DNA of 39,289 nt from Candidatus Nomurabacteria bacterium (GTDB lineage Bacteria > Patescibacteriota > Minisyncoccia > Phycocordibacterales > UBA9973). The DNA lies in contig JAHFNN010000007.1 in assembly GCA_023267315.1 (NCBI GenBank), positions 1 through 39,289 on the forward strand, in the 5' to 3' direction. The notes below the pieces were generated by a model that was not told the DNA's origin, made no database searches, and saw nothing but the letters and a program-made list of their open reading frames with translations. Within the stretch, counting starts at the first letter, position 1; the number at the start of each line of letters is the position of its first letter. Positions 1 through 9,300 of this stretch are shown in pieces. The translations under genes and the position numbers were made by a program.

Positions 1-62
1 TTTTTTGCCGAAATTCCTTTGAGCTCTGGGATATTAAATTGTTTTGCAGTAAACGTTTCCAT
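1..62 (-). CDS. 5-prime end of an unidentified CDS running off the left edge (METFTAKQFNIPELKGISAKK...)
   Basis: Minus-strand ATG at 62..60 with an open frame to position 1. Only about 20 codons are visible, so no family call is possible. Confidence 0.3.
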   Translation of the reverse strand, partial: METFTAKQFNIPELKGISAK

Positions 63-129
63 ATATAGATATGAGTTAATTCGTATAAAATTTGCGACTT
101 TCCATATTATACTCTTAATGTAATCATTT

Positions 130-990
130 ATGCCATATCTCAAGAAATACAAATGGGTTATCCTTTTTACCCTCATTTTTGTTGATATTTTTGTGTGGTC
201 GTCCAGTGATTCTGCCCAATCAGCGACCTTGAAAGTAGTGTTTCTTGATATTGGCCAAGGAGACAGCATATATATCGAAGCCCCAAATGGTCGGCAGGTT
301 ATGTTTGATGCTGGGCGTGACCAGAGTGTATTACGACGGTTGGGTGAAGTCATGCCGCTGTTTGACCGATCAATAGACATGGTCGTGGATACTAATCCAG
401 ACGCCGATCACATCGGTGGATTTATTCCGATACTTGGAAAATATACAGTCGGCGCACTACTTGAATCAGGAACATTCAATTCTAGTAAGACATACGCGAC
501 GCTAGAGAACATGGCCGCAGAGAAAAAAATTCCAGACATTTTACTTCGGCGTGGAATGAAGATTATTCTTGATTCAAAAAATAATGTGTATATTGATGTG
601 CTTTTCCCCGACCGGGACGTCAGTTCATGGACGAGCAATGATGGGTCGGTTGTCGCACGACTGGTGTACGGGAATGATTCGGTGCTGCTCACTGGTGATG
701 CCACGAAACTTACCGAAGGAATATTACTGCAAGAAGAAAAAGATACTCTCGCATCAGAAGTATTGAAGGCTGGTCATCATGGATCGCACACTTCAAGTGG
801 GGCTGACTTTGTGAAAGCCGTACATCCTACTTATGCGATTATCTCGGTCGGTGCGGGTAATAAATATGGTCATCCGCACCAAGAGACACTCGACACTCTT
901 GCAAGTGCTGGTGTACACGTGCTTCGTACAGACCAGTTGGGGACTATCGTTATGGAATCGGAGGGTGATGGTTTTACTATCGTAAAATAA
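130..990 (+). CDS. Membrane-anchored metallo-beta-lactamase-fold protein, ComEC/Rec2 C-terminal-domain-like (stand-alone)
   Basis: 286-aa ORF with an N-terminal hydrophobic anchor (WVILFTLIFVDIFVW). Motifs VFLDIGQGDS, NPDADHIGG, LTGD, KAGHHGSHTSS and YGHPH are typical of the ComEC MBL domain. Confidence 0.75.
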   Translation: MPYLKKYKWVILFTLIFVDIFVWSSSDSAQSATLKVVFLDIGQGDSIYIEAPNGRQVMFDAGRDQSVLRRLGEVMPLFDRSIDMVVDTNPDADHIGGFIPILGKYTVGALLESGTFNSSKTYATLENMAAEKKIPDILLRRGMKIILDSKNNVYIDVLFPDRDVSSWTSNDGSVVARLVYGNDSVLLTGDATKLTEGILLQEEKDTLASEVLKAGHHGSHTSSGADFVKAVHPTYAIISVGAGNKYGHPHQETLDTLASAGVHVLRTDQLGTIVMESEGDGFTIVK

Positions 991-1120
991 CGACTCTGTA
1001 ATATCGAGAATTATGACTCGTCTCATATGGTAAGTATATGTACTCCACTTCTCTCAACTATGAATAAAGTTGGGGTAGAGGTACAATATCTATACGCTTT
1101 ATTACTATCAATTTTAATAT

Positions 1121-2158
1121 ATGAATTACAAAAAAGGATTTAGTGTGTTTGCTGCAATACTCGTCGTGATTATTATCATTGCGGTTGGTTTTGCTGCGTA
1201 TTTGATTGGGAAGAATACGAATCAAAAAATAGCTGATACAAATCAGAATAATACGGGCACGACTGTCGGATGTACGAAGTACACGCCCGATGACTGGAAT
1301 ATATTGGTGCCACAGGTTCGCACTGAATTTTTGAAAGCATATGGAAAGTCTATGTTTGAACAAAATGGGACGCTCACTGCTTCGAGTATCGTAAAAACAG
1401 GAGATGTTACTGGAGATTGCACGAACGAAGCGCTTATTGGTCTTGAATCTGGCGGTGCATCGAATGAAGCATTTGGTATTGCCATGTATCAAAATGGTGC
1501 GGTTGTTGTCCCCCAGACGAAGGAAGATGACGGAACAATAAATCCAGCAGCTCTTTTGCGTGGTGGATCAGTTATGCATCAAGAAAATGGAGATTTTATT
1601 GATGGTGTTGGGTATTACACGATTGAGAAGCAAAATGATGGAACAACAGGGCAAGTTGCTTCTTGTACGGTCACTGCATATCAGTGGAATTCGGTATCAA
1701 ACATGTTTGAATACGCCACCGATCTTACTACCAAGTGGCAGAAAAATTTGTGTGGAGATACACCAAGCGTTTCCGATGCTGGAAATAGTAATCAGAGTGC
1801 CACTGCATGTAAAAATTCTGATGGCGGTCGGGCAATCATTACCAATTTGTCGAAAAATTCTGGGAAAATTGGAGACACAGTTACCGTTTCAGGATGTAAT
1901 TTCCGTGGCTTTGAAGGACAGGCGAATGTTGGGATTGAAAATAGTAAAGGGGTGAGTGGTATTCTTTTTACGAAAGTAATCCCGCTTAGCCAAACCACTG
2001 ATAGTATTATGTTCAAATTACAGTCACCGATCTGTCAGCAAGACAATTCATACAGTGGTAATCCATGCACTTCTTGGCTCACACTTTCGCCGGGTACGTA
2101 CAACATTATTGTTTCTGGATGGAACACAAGCAATAAAATGCCGTTTATTATAAATTAG
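1121..2158 (+). CDS. Hypothetical membrane-anchored surface protein with a C-terminal IPT/TIG-like beta-sandwich
   Basis: 345-aa ORF. N-terminus MNYKKGFSVFAAILVVIIIIAVGF is a signal anchor. The C-terminal segment ITNLSKNSGKIGDTVTVSGCNFRGF resembles IPT/TIG. It is a paralogous neighbour of 2181..3164. Confidence 0.6.
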   Translation: MNYKKGFSVFAAILVVIIIIAVGFAAYLIGKNTNQKIADTNQNNTGTTVGCTKYTPDDWNILVPQVRTEFLKAYGKSMFEQNGTLTASSIVKTGDVTGDCTNEALIGLESGGASNEAFGIAMYQNGAVVVPQTKEDDGTINPAALLRGGSVMHQENGDFIDGVGYYTIEKQNDGTTGQVASCTVTAYQWNSVSNMFEYATDLTTKWQKNLCGDTPSVSDAGNSNQSATACKNSDGGRAIITNLSKNSGKIGDTVTVSGCNFRGFEGQANVGIENSKGVSGILFTKVIPLSQTTDSIMFKLQSPICQQDNSYSGNPCTSWLTLSPGTYNIIVSGWNTSNKMPFIIN

Positions 2159-2180
2159 TAATTAAGTATTTTTTAAAAAA

Positions 2181-3164
2181 ATGAACTATAAAAAAGGATT
2201 GAGTACCATACAGACTGTTGTTATCGTGATTGTTGTGCTTCTCGCCATTTTCTTGGCGTATAAGATTGGGACGAATAAATCAACCAATCAAAATACTCAA
2301 AATTCAACCACGCAGGAATCAGCGACCCAGAATACTGGGCAGACGAATAATACTTCATCAGGTACACAGAATACTGGCACCTCAAATGGATCTTCTGTTT
2401 CTGTTAGTGGTGGTATTGTTTCACCAAGTACCGAGACAGCTACCTGTAAGATGAATACTCCCGCATCAATCACCGTACTTTCTCCAAATGGCGGAGAGTC
2501 GTATAAGGCAGGGCAGAAAATTACAGTGAAATGGAAGAGCTGCAATCTTCCTTCAACGACAAAACTCTCAATTGATATTGTTCCATCAAGTGCGGTCTTG
2601 TCTCAATGGTCGCTACAGCATGCGTGTTGTGGTGTATTTACAAACTCAGCAACAAATACTGGGTCGGGTATATTCGACCTTCCTACAGTAAATAATTTCC
2701 AGGGCGGAGCACTTATGTATGGCAAATACTATAAAATTAAAGTGACCGAGCAAACAGCACAAAATGGTATTCAACTCAGTGATGTATCAGATGGAATGTT
2801 TTCTATTACTGGGATTAGTATTGCTCTCCCGACTCCCTATATCAGCGTACAGGGAACATGGCCTCCAGTAATTCAGAGTTACTACAATGGGTATTCGTGC
2901 AATAAAGTGCATTCCGATATGATAGATACGGCATCACGTGTGATTAATGGTACGACCTATTGCGTGACTGACTTACATGAAGCTTCGGCCGGCACGATCC
3001 ATCACACATTTACATATGTGACGAGGGCGTACAGTGGAACAGGTACCAAGACAACGAATTTCACCTTGAACTATCAAAGCTGTGATCTTTCACAGACAGA
3101 CTGTAAGACAGCTCAGGCAAATTTCAACCTCGATGCGATTATCGATACGCTCATGAATCAGTAA
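2181..3164 (+). CDS. Hypothetical membrane-anchored surface protein with a Ser/Thr/Asn/Gln-rich linker
   Basis: 327-aa ORF. N-terminus MNYKKGLSTIQTVVIVIVVLLAIF matches the upstream gene. A low-complexity STNQ linker is followed by a beta-rich region (SITVLSPNGGESYKAGQKITVKWKSC). Confidence 0.6.
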   Translation: MNYKKGLSTIQTVVIVIVVLLAIFLAYKIGTNKSTNQNTQNSTTQESATQNTGQTNNTSSGTQNTGTSNGSSVSVSGGIVSPSTETATCKMNTPASITVLSPNGGESYKAGQKITVKWKSCNLPSTTKLSIDIVPSSAVLSQWSLQHACCGVFTNSATNTGSGIFDLPTVNNFQGGALMYGKYYKIKVTEQTAQNGIQLSDVSDGMFSITGISIALPTPYISVQGTWPPVIQSYYNGYSCNKVHSDMIDTASRVINGTTYCVTDLHEASAGTIHHTFTYVTRAYSGTGTKTTNFTLNYQSCDLSQTDCKTAQANFNLDAIIDTLMNQ

Positions 3165-3173
3165 ATTAAATAT

Positions 3174-3214
3174 AAATAAAGAAACCCCGACCGAGGTCGG
3201 GGTTTCTTTATTTG
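3174..3214. terminator. Bidirectional intrinsic terminator
   Basis: 11-bp perfect stem gaaaccccgac/gtcggggtttc (3181..3191 with 3196..3206), with an A-run on the 5-prime side and a T-run on the 3-prime side. It sits between convergent genes. Confidence 0.8.
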
Positions 3215-3220
3215 AGAATG

Positions 3221-3466
3221 TTATTTAATGATTCCAGCTTTCTTTAAGGTAGCGTATGCGCCATTCTTATTGATAGTGCGGATTGCTTCAGTTGAGATTA
3301 GGAGATTGAAAGTCTTTCCAAGTTCTGGAACGAAGATCTTTTTCTTCTGGAGATTTGGATATTTTCGTACTTGCGGGGTAGGGGTAAAGATGGTCGCACG
3401 GGTGCGGTTTGCAAGTTTTCCTCCCATCTGGGAACCTTTTTTAGTTATTTCGCATACTCTCGACAT
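3221..3466 (-). CDS. rpmB: 50S ribosomal protein L28
   Basis: 81 aa. MSRVCEITKKGSQMGGKLANRTRATIF...ISTEAIRTINKNG matches the conserved L28 pattern (MSRVC..TGK......N..S.....T.R.F.PNL). Confidence 0.85.
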   Translation of the reverse strand: MSRVCEITKKGSQMGGKLANRTRATIFTPTPQVRKYPNLQKKKIFVPELGKTFNLLISTEAIRTINKNGAYATLKKAGIIK

Positions 3467-3565
3467 ATATTTATTATTCGATAACGTTCCCGTATGCTAA
3501 CATATAGAGCGTGGCGATGCAAGCGCTTTATACTAAAACAGCGTAGAGCTACCCTCACATTATTT

Positions 3566-4189
3566 ATGGATATTCAAACTTCGTTATTTTATATCATTGT
3601 TCTCATAATGTCAGTCATTGTGCATGAGGTCGCCCATGGATATGCGGCCCTCTATATGGGTGACCAAACTGCTCGCCGTCTTGGACGACTCACACTCAAC
3701 CCGCTCAAACACTTGGACCCTTTTGGGTCAGTTATTCTACCACTCCTTCTCATTCTTTCGGGTACGGGTATCGTATTTGGCTGGGCAAAACCAGTCCCTT
3801 ACAATCCGAATAACCTTACAAATCGAAGAAAGGGGACATTGGTGGTTGCCAGTGCTGGTATTATTGCCAATATTTGCCTTGCTCTCTTTTTCTCATTAGC
3901 TATACGACTCGCACCAGTCTTAGGTATTGCAAATGGTCATTTTATAGCGATATGTGGGATTATTGTCTTGGTAAATATAGTCTTGGCTGTGTTTAACATC
4001 ATCCCGATTCCTCCATTAGATGGTTCACGGATGTTATTTGCCCTTCTACCTGCGAGGTACCATTATATTGAGACGTTTTTTGACCAGTACGGCTTCGTTG
4101 TACTTATTTTCATCGTGTTTTTCGTCTGGCAGTACGTAGCACCTATCCTTATGCACCTCTTTAGTCTACTTACCGGGCTTCCGTTTTAG
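3566..4189 (+). CDS. Site-2 protease family zinc metalloprotease (peptidase M50)
   Basis: HEVAHG zinc motif in the first TM helix, a second motif FNIIPIPPLDGSRM, and multiple TM segments. The start is placed at ATG 3566 (MDIQTS...) rather than the ORF-track start at 3494, which would overlap the rpmB promoter region. Confidence 0.8.
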   Translation: MDIQTSLFYIIVLIMSVIVHEVAHGYAALYMGDQTARRLGRLTLNPLKHLDPFGSVILPLLLILSGTGIVFGWAKPVPYNPNNLTNRRKGTLVVASAGIIANICLALFFSLAIRLAPVLGIANGHFIAICGIIVLVNIVLAVFNIIPIPPLDGSRMLFALLPARYHYIETFFDQYGFVVLIFIVFFVWQYVAPILMHLFSLLTGLPF

Positions 4190-4304
4190 TTAAAAATGAA
4201 ATAATGGAACCAGAATCGAAAAAGAACGTTTTCTGAGCTTGCTTTTTTTTAGCGACTATAGTAAAGTACCGCTTACGTAGTCCTTGTGACTATTTTTGTT
4301 TTAA

Positions 4305-4727
4305 ATGCCTACAATCAATCAATTAGTTAAAAAAAGCCGAAAGAAAGTATCCCGCAAATCAAAGGCGGTTGCTTTGGCTCGTGGATTCAATGCAATCAAG
4401 AACCGACCAGTATATTACCCTGCTCCATTTAAGCGTGGTGTGTGCGTGAAGGTTACGACAACAACTCCAAAGAAGCCTAACTCAGCGCTCCGAAAGATTG
4501 CCCGCGTACGTCTTACAAACGGTATGGAAGTGACTGCATATATCCCAGGAGAAGGACATAACCTCCAAGAACACTCAGTGGTGATGCTTCGTGGTGGTCG
4601 TGTGAAGGACTTGATCGGAGTACGATACCACATCGTTCGCGGTGTGCTTGATGCAACCGGTGTTGAAAAGAGACGACAGGGCCGTTCACGATACGGTAAC
4701 AAGCGCCCAAAGGCAGCAAAAGCATAA
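4305..4727 (+). CDS. rpsL: 30S ribosomal protein S12
   Basis: MPTINQL..., [13 protein letters not shown] and [13 protein letters not shown] are hallmark S12 motifs. Confidence 0.97.
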   Translation: MPTINQLVKKSRKKVSRKSKAVALARGFNAIKNRPVYYPAPFKRGVCVKVTTTTPKKPNSALRKIARVRLTNGMEVTAYIPGEGHNLQEHSVVMLRGGRVKDLIGVRYHIVRGVLDATGVEKRRQGRSRYGNKRPKAAKA

Positions 4728-4752
4728 TCTAATTTTTATATCTATATAAACC

Positions 4753-5223
4753 ATGCGTAGAAAAGTAAACAATCGAAATATCGTAAAGCCAGACATTAAA
4801 TACAACTCTCCAAAGGTTGGGAAGTTTATTAACAATGTCATGAACTCTGGTAAGAAAGAAACCGCACGACGCGTTGTGTACAAGGCTTTTGATGTAATCA
4901 AAGAAAAGACTGGAAATTCAAATCCACTTGAAGTCTTCGATCTCGCAATCAAGAACGCAAGCCCACTCGTTGAAGTTCGCTCACGTCGTATCGGTGGTGC
5001 AAACTACCAAGTGCCTCGTGATGTTCGCCCAGAACGACGAAATGCACTCGCAATTCGCTGGATTCTCCTTGCTGCTCGCTCAAAGAAAGGACAGCCAATG
5101 CATATCAAACTCGCTGATGAATTAATTGCTGCATCAAAAAATGAAGGTACTGCCGTGAAGAAGCGTGATGATACCCACAAGATGGCAGAATCAAACAAAG
5201 CATTTGCTCACTTTGCTTGGTAA
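4753..5223 (+). CDS. rpsG: 30S ribosomal protein S7
   Basis: 156 aa. Contains GKK..A..I.Y.A, VEVRSRRIGGANYQVP and a C-terminal NKAFAHFAW, as in the S7 family. It lies directly after rpsL. Confidence 0.97.
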   Translation: MRRKVNNRNIVKPDIKYNSPKVGKFINNVMNSGKKETARRVVYKAFDVIKEKTGNSNPLEVFDLAIKNASPLVEVRSRRIGGANYQVPRDVRPERRNALAIRWILLAARSKKGQPMHIKLADELIAASKNEGTAVKKRDDTHKMAESNKAFAHFAW

Positions 5224-5243
5224 TACTAAAACAATTAAAAAAT

Positions 5244-5271
5244 AAAACCCCCCGCTAAAGCGGGGGGTTTT
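5244..5271 (+). terminator. Intrinsic terminator after rpsG
   Basis: aaaaccccccgc-taaa-gcggggggtttt: a GC-rich perfect stem followed by a T-run. Confidence 0.85.
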
Positions 5272-5424
5272 GTGGTTATACACACTTTTTGTTTTTTACT
5301 CAATCAAAAAAGCATATAATATACGTAAGTTAAAAATACCAGCATGTCCGTCGAACGCATGCTGTATCATTTTATAAATTAATCATTAATTAGTAGTTCA
5401 CTTTTTATGAAGTGAAAAGTTATT

Positions 5425-6228
5425 ATGGAAAATATGAATAGTAATTCAAAACAAAATCCAATCATCATGATCCTCCTCGTAGTGATCTTGGCATTGGTTG
5501 CGTACCTCGTAATTAATAGTACAACAAAGACCACACCAGTTGGTGAGAATCAGTCAGCGGCAGCAGGAAAGCCAAAAACTAATTCGAATACTAAGCATAC
5601 TACACACAACAACTTCGTTGTGGATACTATTGCTCCAGTTATAACATCATTTACAACTCCTTCTACCAGTCATTCATTGTCGATACCTTATAGTATTGTT
5701 GCAACCGATGATAGCGGTATTGTAACTGGTTACATTGTTACTATGGGTACACGACCAACAGCAAGTGATCTAGGTTGGACAACTAGTGCTTCTGGCACAT
5801 ACGTATTACCAGCATCTGTTGATGGTAAAATGATGACACTCAATGCGTATGCAAAAGATGCAGCTGGAAATATCTCAAATGCATTCTCTTCGCCTACAAT
5901 TTACGTAACCCTATCAGGTGGCACTCCAGACACTATTCCTCCTACTGTTAATATTACATCTCCAATGGATGGTGATGTTGTATCAGGAATTGTACCGTTT
6001 ACTGTTAGTGTTACTGATAATATTGCTGTCAAAAGCGTATATTTCTATGCTGATAATGGTGCTATTAATGTGGGTAGGTGTGATGCTGGTCAAGCTTGTA
6101 ATTCCCTTAGTGAATACAAGGCGTACTTAGATACTACGAAGCTCACTCCTGGAATGCACTGGCTTACTGTTCAAGCGTATGATACAACCGGCAACGAAAA
6201 TGAGCAGTGGATTCAAGTTACTATCTAG
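5425..6228 (+). CDS. Membrane-anchored exoprotein with two Ig-like domains
   Basis: 267 aa with an N-terminal anchor IIMILLVVILALVAYLVI. Domain 1 (VVDTIAPVITSF...AYAKDAAGNISNA) matches a domain of the neighbouring giant subtilase. Domain 2 (DTIPPTVNITSP...VYFYADNG...LDTTKLTPGMHWLTVQAYDTTGNE) matches domains in 14932..15744 and 23826..27581. Confidence 0.75.
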   Translation: MENMNSNSKQNPIIMILLVVILALVAYLVINSTTKTTPVGENQSAAAGKPKTNSNTKHTTHNNFVVDTIAPVITSFTTPSTSHSLSIPYSIVATDDSGIVTGYIVTMGTRPTASDLGWTTSASGTYVLPASVDGKMMTLNAYAKDAAGNISNAFSSPTIYVTLSGGTPDTIPPTVNITSPMDGDVVSGIVPFTVSVTDNIAVKSVYFYADNGAINVGRCDAGQACNSLSEYKAYLDTTKLTPGMHWLTVQAYDTTGNENEQWIQVTI

Positions 6229-6248
6229 TCGTAATAAATATTAACCAC

Positions 6249-6284
6249 AAAAAATCCCTCGCTTTAGCGGGGGATTTTTGTTTT
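6249..6284 (+). terminator. Intrinsic terminator
   Basis: aaaatccctcgc-ttta-gcgggggatttt with one G-U pair, followed by a T-run. Confidence 0.75.
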
Positions 6285-6372
6285 CCACATATCAATTGTG
6301 CTGTATCACCTTGATAGTTCTATACTGTAGATACCTTTATATTAATAATTATCCTTAGTGCATTATTTAAAA

Positions 6373-9300
6373 ATGAAAAAAACAAAGATATTTCTTGCGG
6401 TAGGAGTTTTTATCGCCGTAATCCTCGTCGTAGTTTTAGGGCGCATAATGCTCAATCAAAAGTTCAATGGTAATCAACAGGCTGCTGCTAATTCTGCCAT
6501 TGTGACATCATCCGATGGGCGTATCTTGTCAAAAGAAATGCAGGTTGGTTTGCTTGGTGTAGACGCAGAATACGGAGTTAACTCTGGCGTCTCGCTTATT
6601 CCAGGGAAAGGATATATTGAAGAGCCCGAACTTTCTTCTGAATCTCTTGGTGTGATGGTCGTCCTCAAAGATGATCCTCTTGGTAAAAATTATGAACAGT
6701 TGCATAAGAATGGACTCTCGAAGGCAGATATTAAATCAAAAATTGCACTAAAGGCACAGGATATTAGATCAAAACACGAAGCACTGAAGTCTTTTATTAA
6801 ACAAAAAACAAAAAAGAACCTCATTGGTCCTGGTCAAAAACAAAATGGTGCGCTTCGCATTCAAGAATACAAAAATGCATTGAATGCTATTTCTTTCCGA
6901 GATATTTCGTATGAAGAAGCCAAAACACTTTTTGCTGGAAGGACAGATATTGCAAGTATTTCTCGAAATAAATTAGTGAGTATTGATTTAAACGATTCAG
7001 TACCGCAGATGGATGTCCCTGATGTTTGGAAATTGTATGGCCCTGTAGGTGTTCCACTTGATGGTACCGGGACGACAATAGGGATTATTGATTCGGGTGT
7101 GCAGTATACTCATCCAGATTTAGGTGGATGTTATGGGAACAATAATCCGTTATCTACCTGCAAGGTTGTTGGGGGATATGATTTTGTAAACCATGACAAT
7201 GACCCGACAGACGACAATGGGCACGGTACACACGTTGCTGCTACTGCTGCAGGGAATGGAACTCTTATAACTGACACTGGAACGATTCCTCTTCCTGGTG
7301 TTGCTCCTGGTGCAAAAATATATGCCTATAAAGTAATGAATAATCGAGGGAGTGGTGGATCGGATGACATTATCGCTGGTATTGAACGCTGTACTGATCC
7401 AAACCAAGATGGAGATTTATCCGATCATTTGGATGTTTGTAGTATGAGTCTTGGTAGCTCTTCAGGTGATCCTGATGATGACATGTCTATTGCTGTTGAT
7501 AATGCAAGTGCTGTTGGAACTGTCTTCACAATTGCAGCAGGTAATAGTGGACCTGGTGCTCAAACGATAGGTTCTCCTGGTACTTCTCGTAGTGCAATTA
7601 CCGTAGCGGCAAGTTGTAAAACAGCACAAATTGGAAAAGATGGACAATGCACAACACCAATCGCAAATTTCTCATCCCGTGGCCCTGTTAAATGGACAGA
7701 CGCAGGAGGTATAGATCAGACACTTATGAAGCCAGATATTGCAGCTGTTGGCCATATGATTTGTGCAGCAAAAGCTTCATTTGTTGTTGGAGGCTCTCCA
7801 TGTGGTCCAGACCATTTTGCAATTTCAGGTACATCTATGGCTACCCCTCATGTTGCTGGAGCGGCAGCTATTGTTCGTGAAGCTCATCCTGAATTTTCAG
7901 CAGCAGAAATTAAAAAGGCACTTATGGATCACGCACGAGATCTAGGATTGCCGGGAACTGTTCAAGGAGCGGGGGAAGTTGATCTTGCAGGAACAATTAA
8001 TGCAATCAGTATTTCAACAAATGAAGTAGATATCCAAGGTTCCCCAGTTACTTTTGCAGATCCTACTACTTCTTTAACCCAAACCTTTACAAAAAATGTT
8101 AGTTTGAAAAATAAAACCAACGCGCCTGTCACTGCAACTTTTAGTCTTGTAAATAATCAGGCAGGGTACGATATGGTTCTTAATGATACAAACGGTAAGG
8201 CTATTTCATCAGCTGTTTTGCCTGCTAATGCTACAGTTTCATTTACTGTCTCTGTTACTGTTCATCATGATGTTGCACGTACTGCGAATATATTTAGTGG
8301 TCTTGTTAAAATTTCAACAGGACCTGCTACAAATCAGAAATTACAATTTTCTGTTGTTGTGACCTCGGATCATCGAATTTCTTCAACTATTACTTCATTC
8401 AATTATGATCTAGTTGCACCTTCTGGTGATACAAAGAATGAATCATTTACGATCACAAACAAACTCATAGATGCTCCAGTAACACTCACTGCGAAGGTTC
8501 GTTGTTGTACATCGGGCTCAGGGGTGATGACTGATCTTGGAGGGACAATCAATAGTCAGGCATCGTATAGTTTTACCTTAGCGAAAGGAGAACAAAAAAC
8601 ACTTGCCATGAAATTAGCAATTCCAAGTAGTCTGATGAATACAAATTATACTGGATATATTGATATCACCTCTTCGTTGGAAAACTTCTCAATACCCATT
8701 ACTTTCTTCAAGGGATATAAAATTTCCATTGATTTTGATGCGGTGCGTCCAACAGTCATAAATATGAAGAATGAATTGACTGGGGGGTCAATGGCGATAT
8801 GGTTGCCTGGTAACAGTCAAACTAATTTATACTTCGGTACGAATGGCCCGTATGATGTCATGGCGTTATGGAATGACACCACTCTTAATAAATGGGATAC
8901 AATCGTTGTTCGTGATTCAATTGATCCTGCCGTTACACCACGAATTTCTCTCAAAAAATCTGACGCTGTTTATGAACAGAAATTCGACTTTAGAGATAGG
9001 TATAATAATGCTGTGGTTGGGAATTATATGGGGTCAGTTTTGACTGCCTCAAAAGGTACAAAAGGATTCTCGTTTTGGGCATCGACTTCTCTTTCATCTT
9101 TATGGACGAATGCGATGCCAGACACATATACTATCGAATATGCTGCATTCAAAAATAACCCCGCAACTGTTTTTGGGGCTGCAATAAAAGGGGTGACTGC
9201 TAGTAAAACATTTACAAATAGTCCGAATGATTTAAAAAAGTTCATAGCCAAATCATTTGATCCAAACATTCCGAATTTCTCTTTCGAGGTTGGCGCGCAG

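Noticed and set aside
1121-1210. A type IV pilin or pseudopilin leader (KKGFS...) on the MNYKKG proteins.
   Set aside because: The class III signal requires G followed by F/M-x-x-x-E with Glu at +5. Here the residues after Gly are FSVFA and LSTIQ, with no Glu, so these were treated as plain signal anchors.
3228-3500. A 90-aa + strand ORF overlapping rpmB.
   Set aside because: It is antisense to a clear L28 gene and has no motif. The M50 protease start at 3566 makes it unnecessary.
4231-4262. A promoter for rpsL (TTGCTT ... TATAGT).
   Set aside because: The spacer between the best -35-like and -10-like hexamers is 12 nt, or 20 nt with the alternative -35. That is too far from 16-18 nt to call with confidence.
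6358-6372. Upstream-extended starts in the ORF track (GTG 6358, 3494, GTG 20663, 21113, 34934).
   Set aside because: The internal ATGs at 6373, 3566, 20687, 21152 and 34997 give N-termini that match family consensus or signal-anchor logic, and they avoid overlap with upstream genes. The extensions are probably artefacts of longest-ORF calling.
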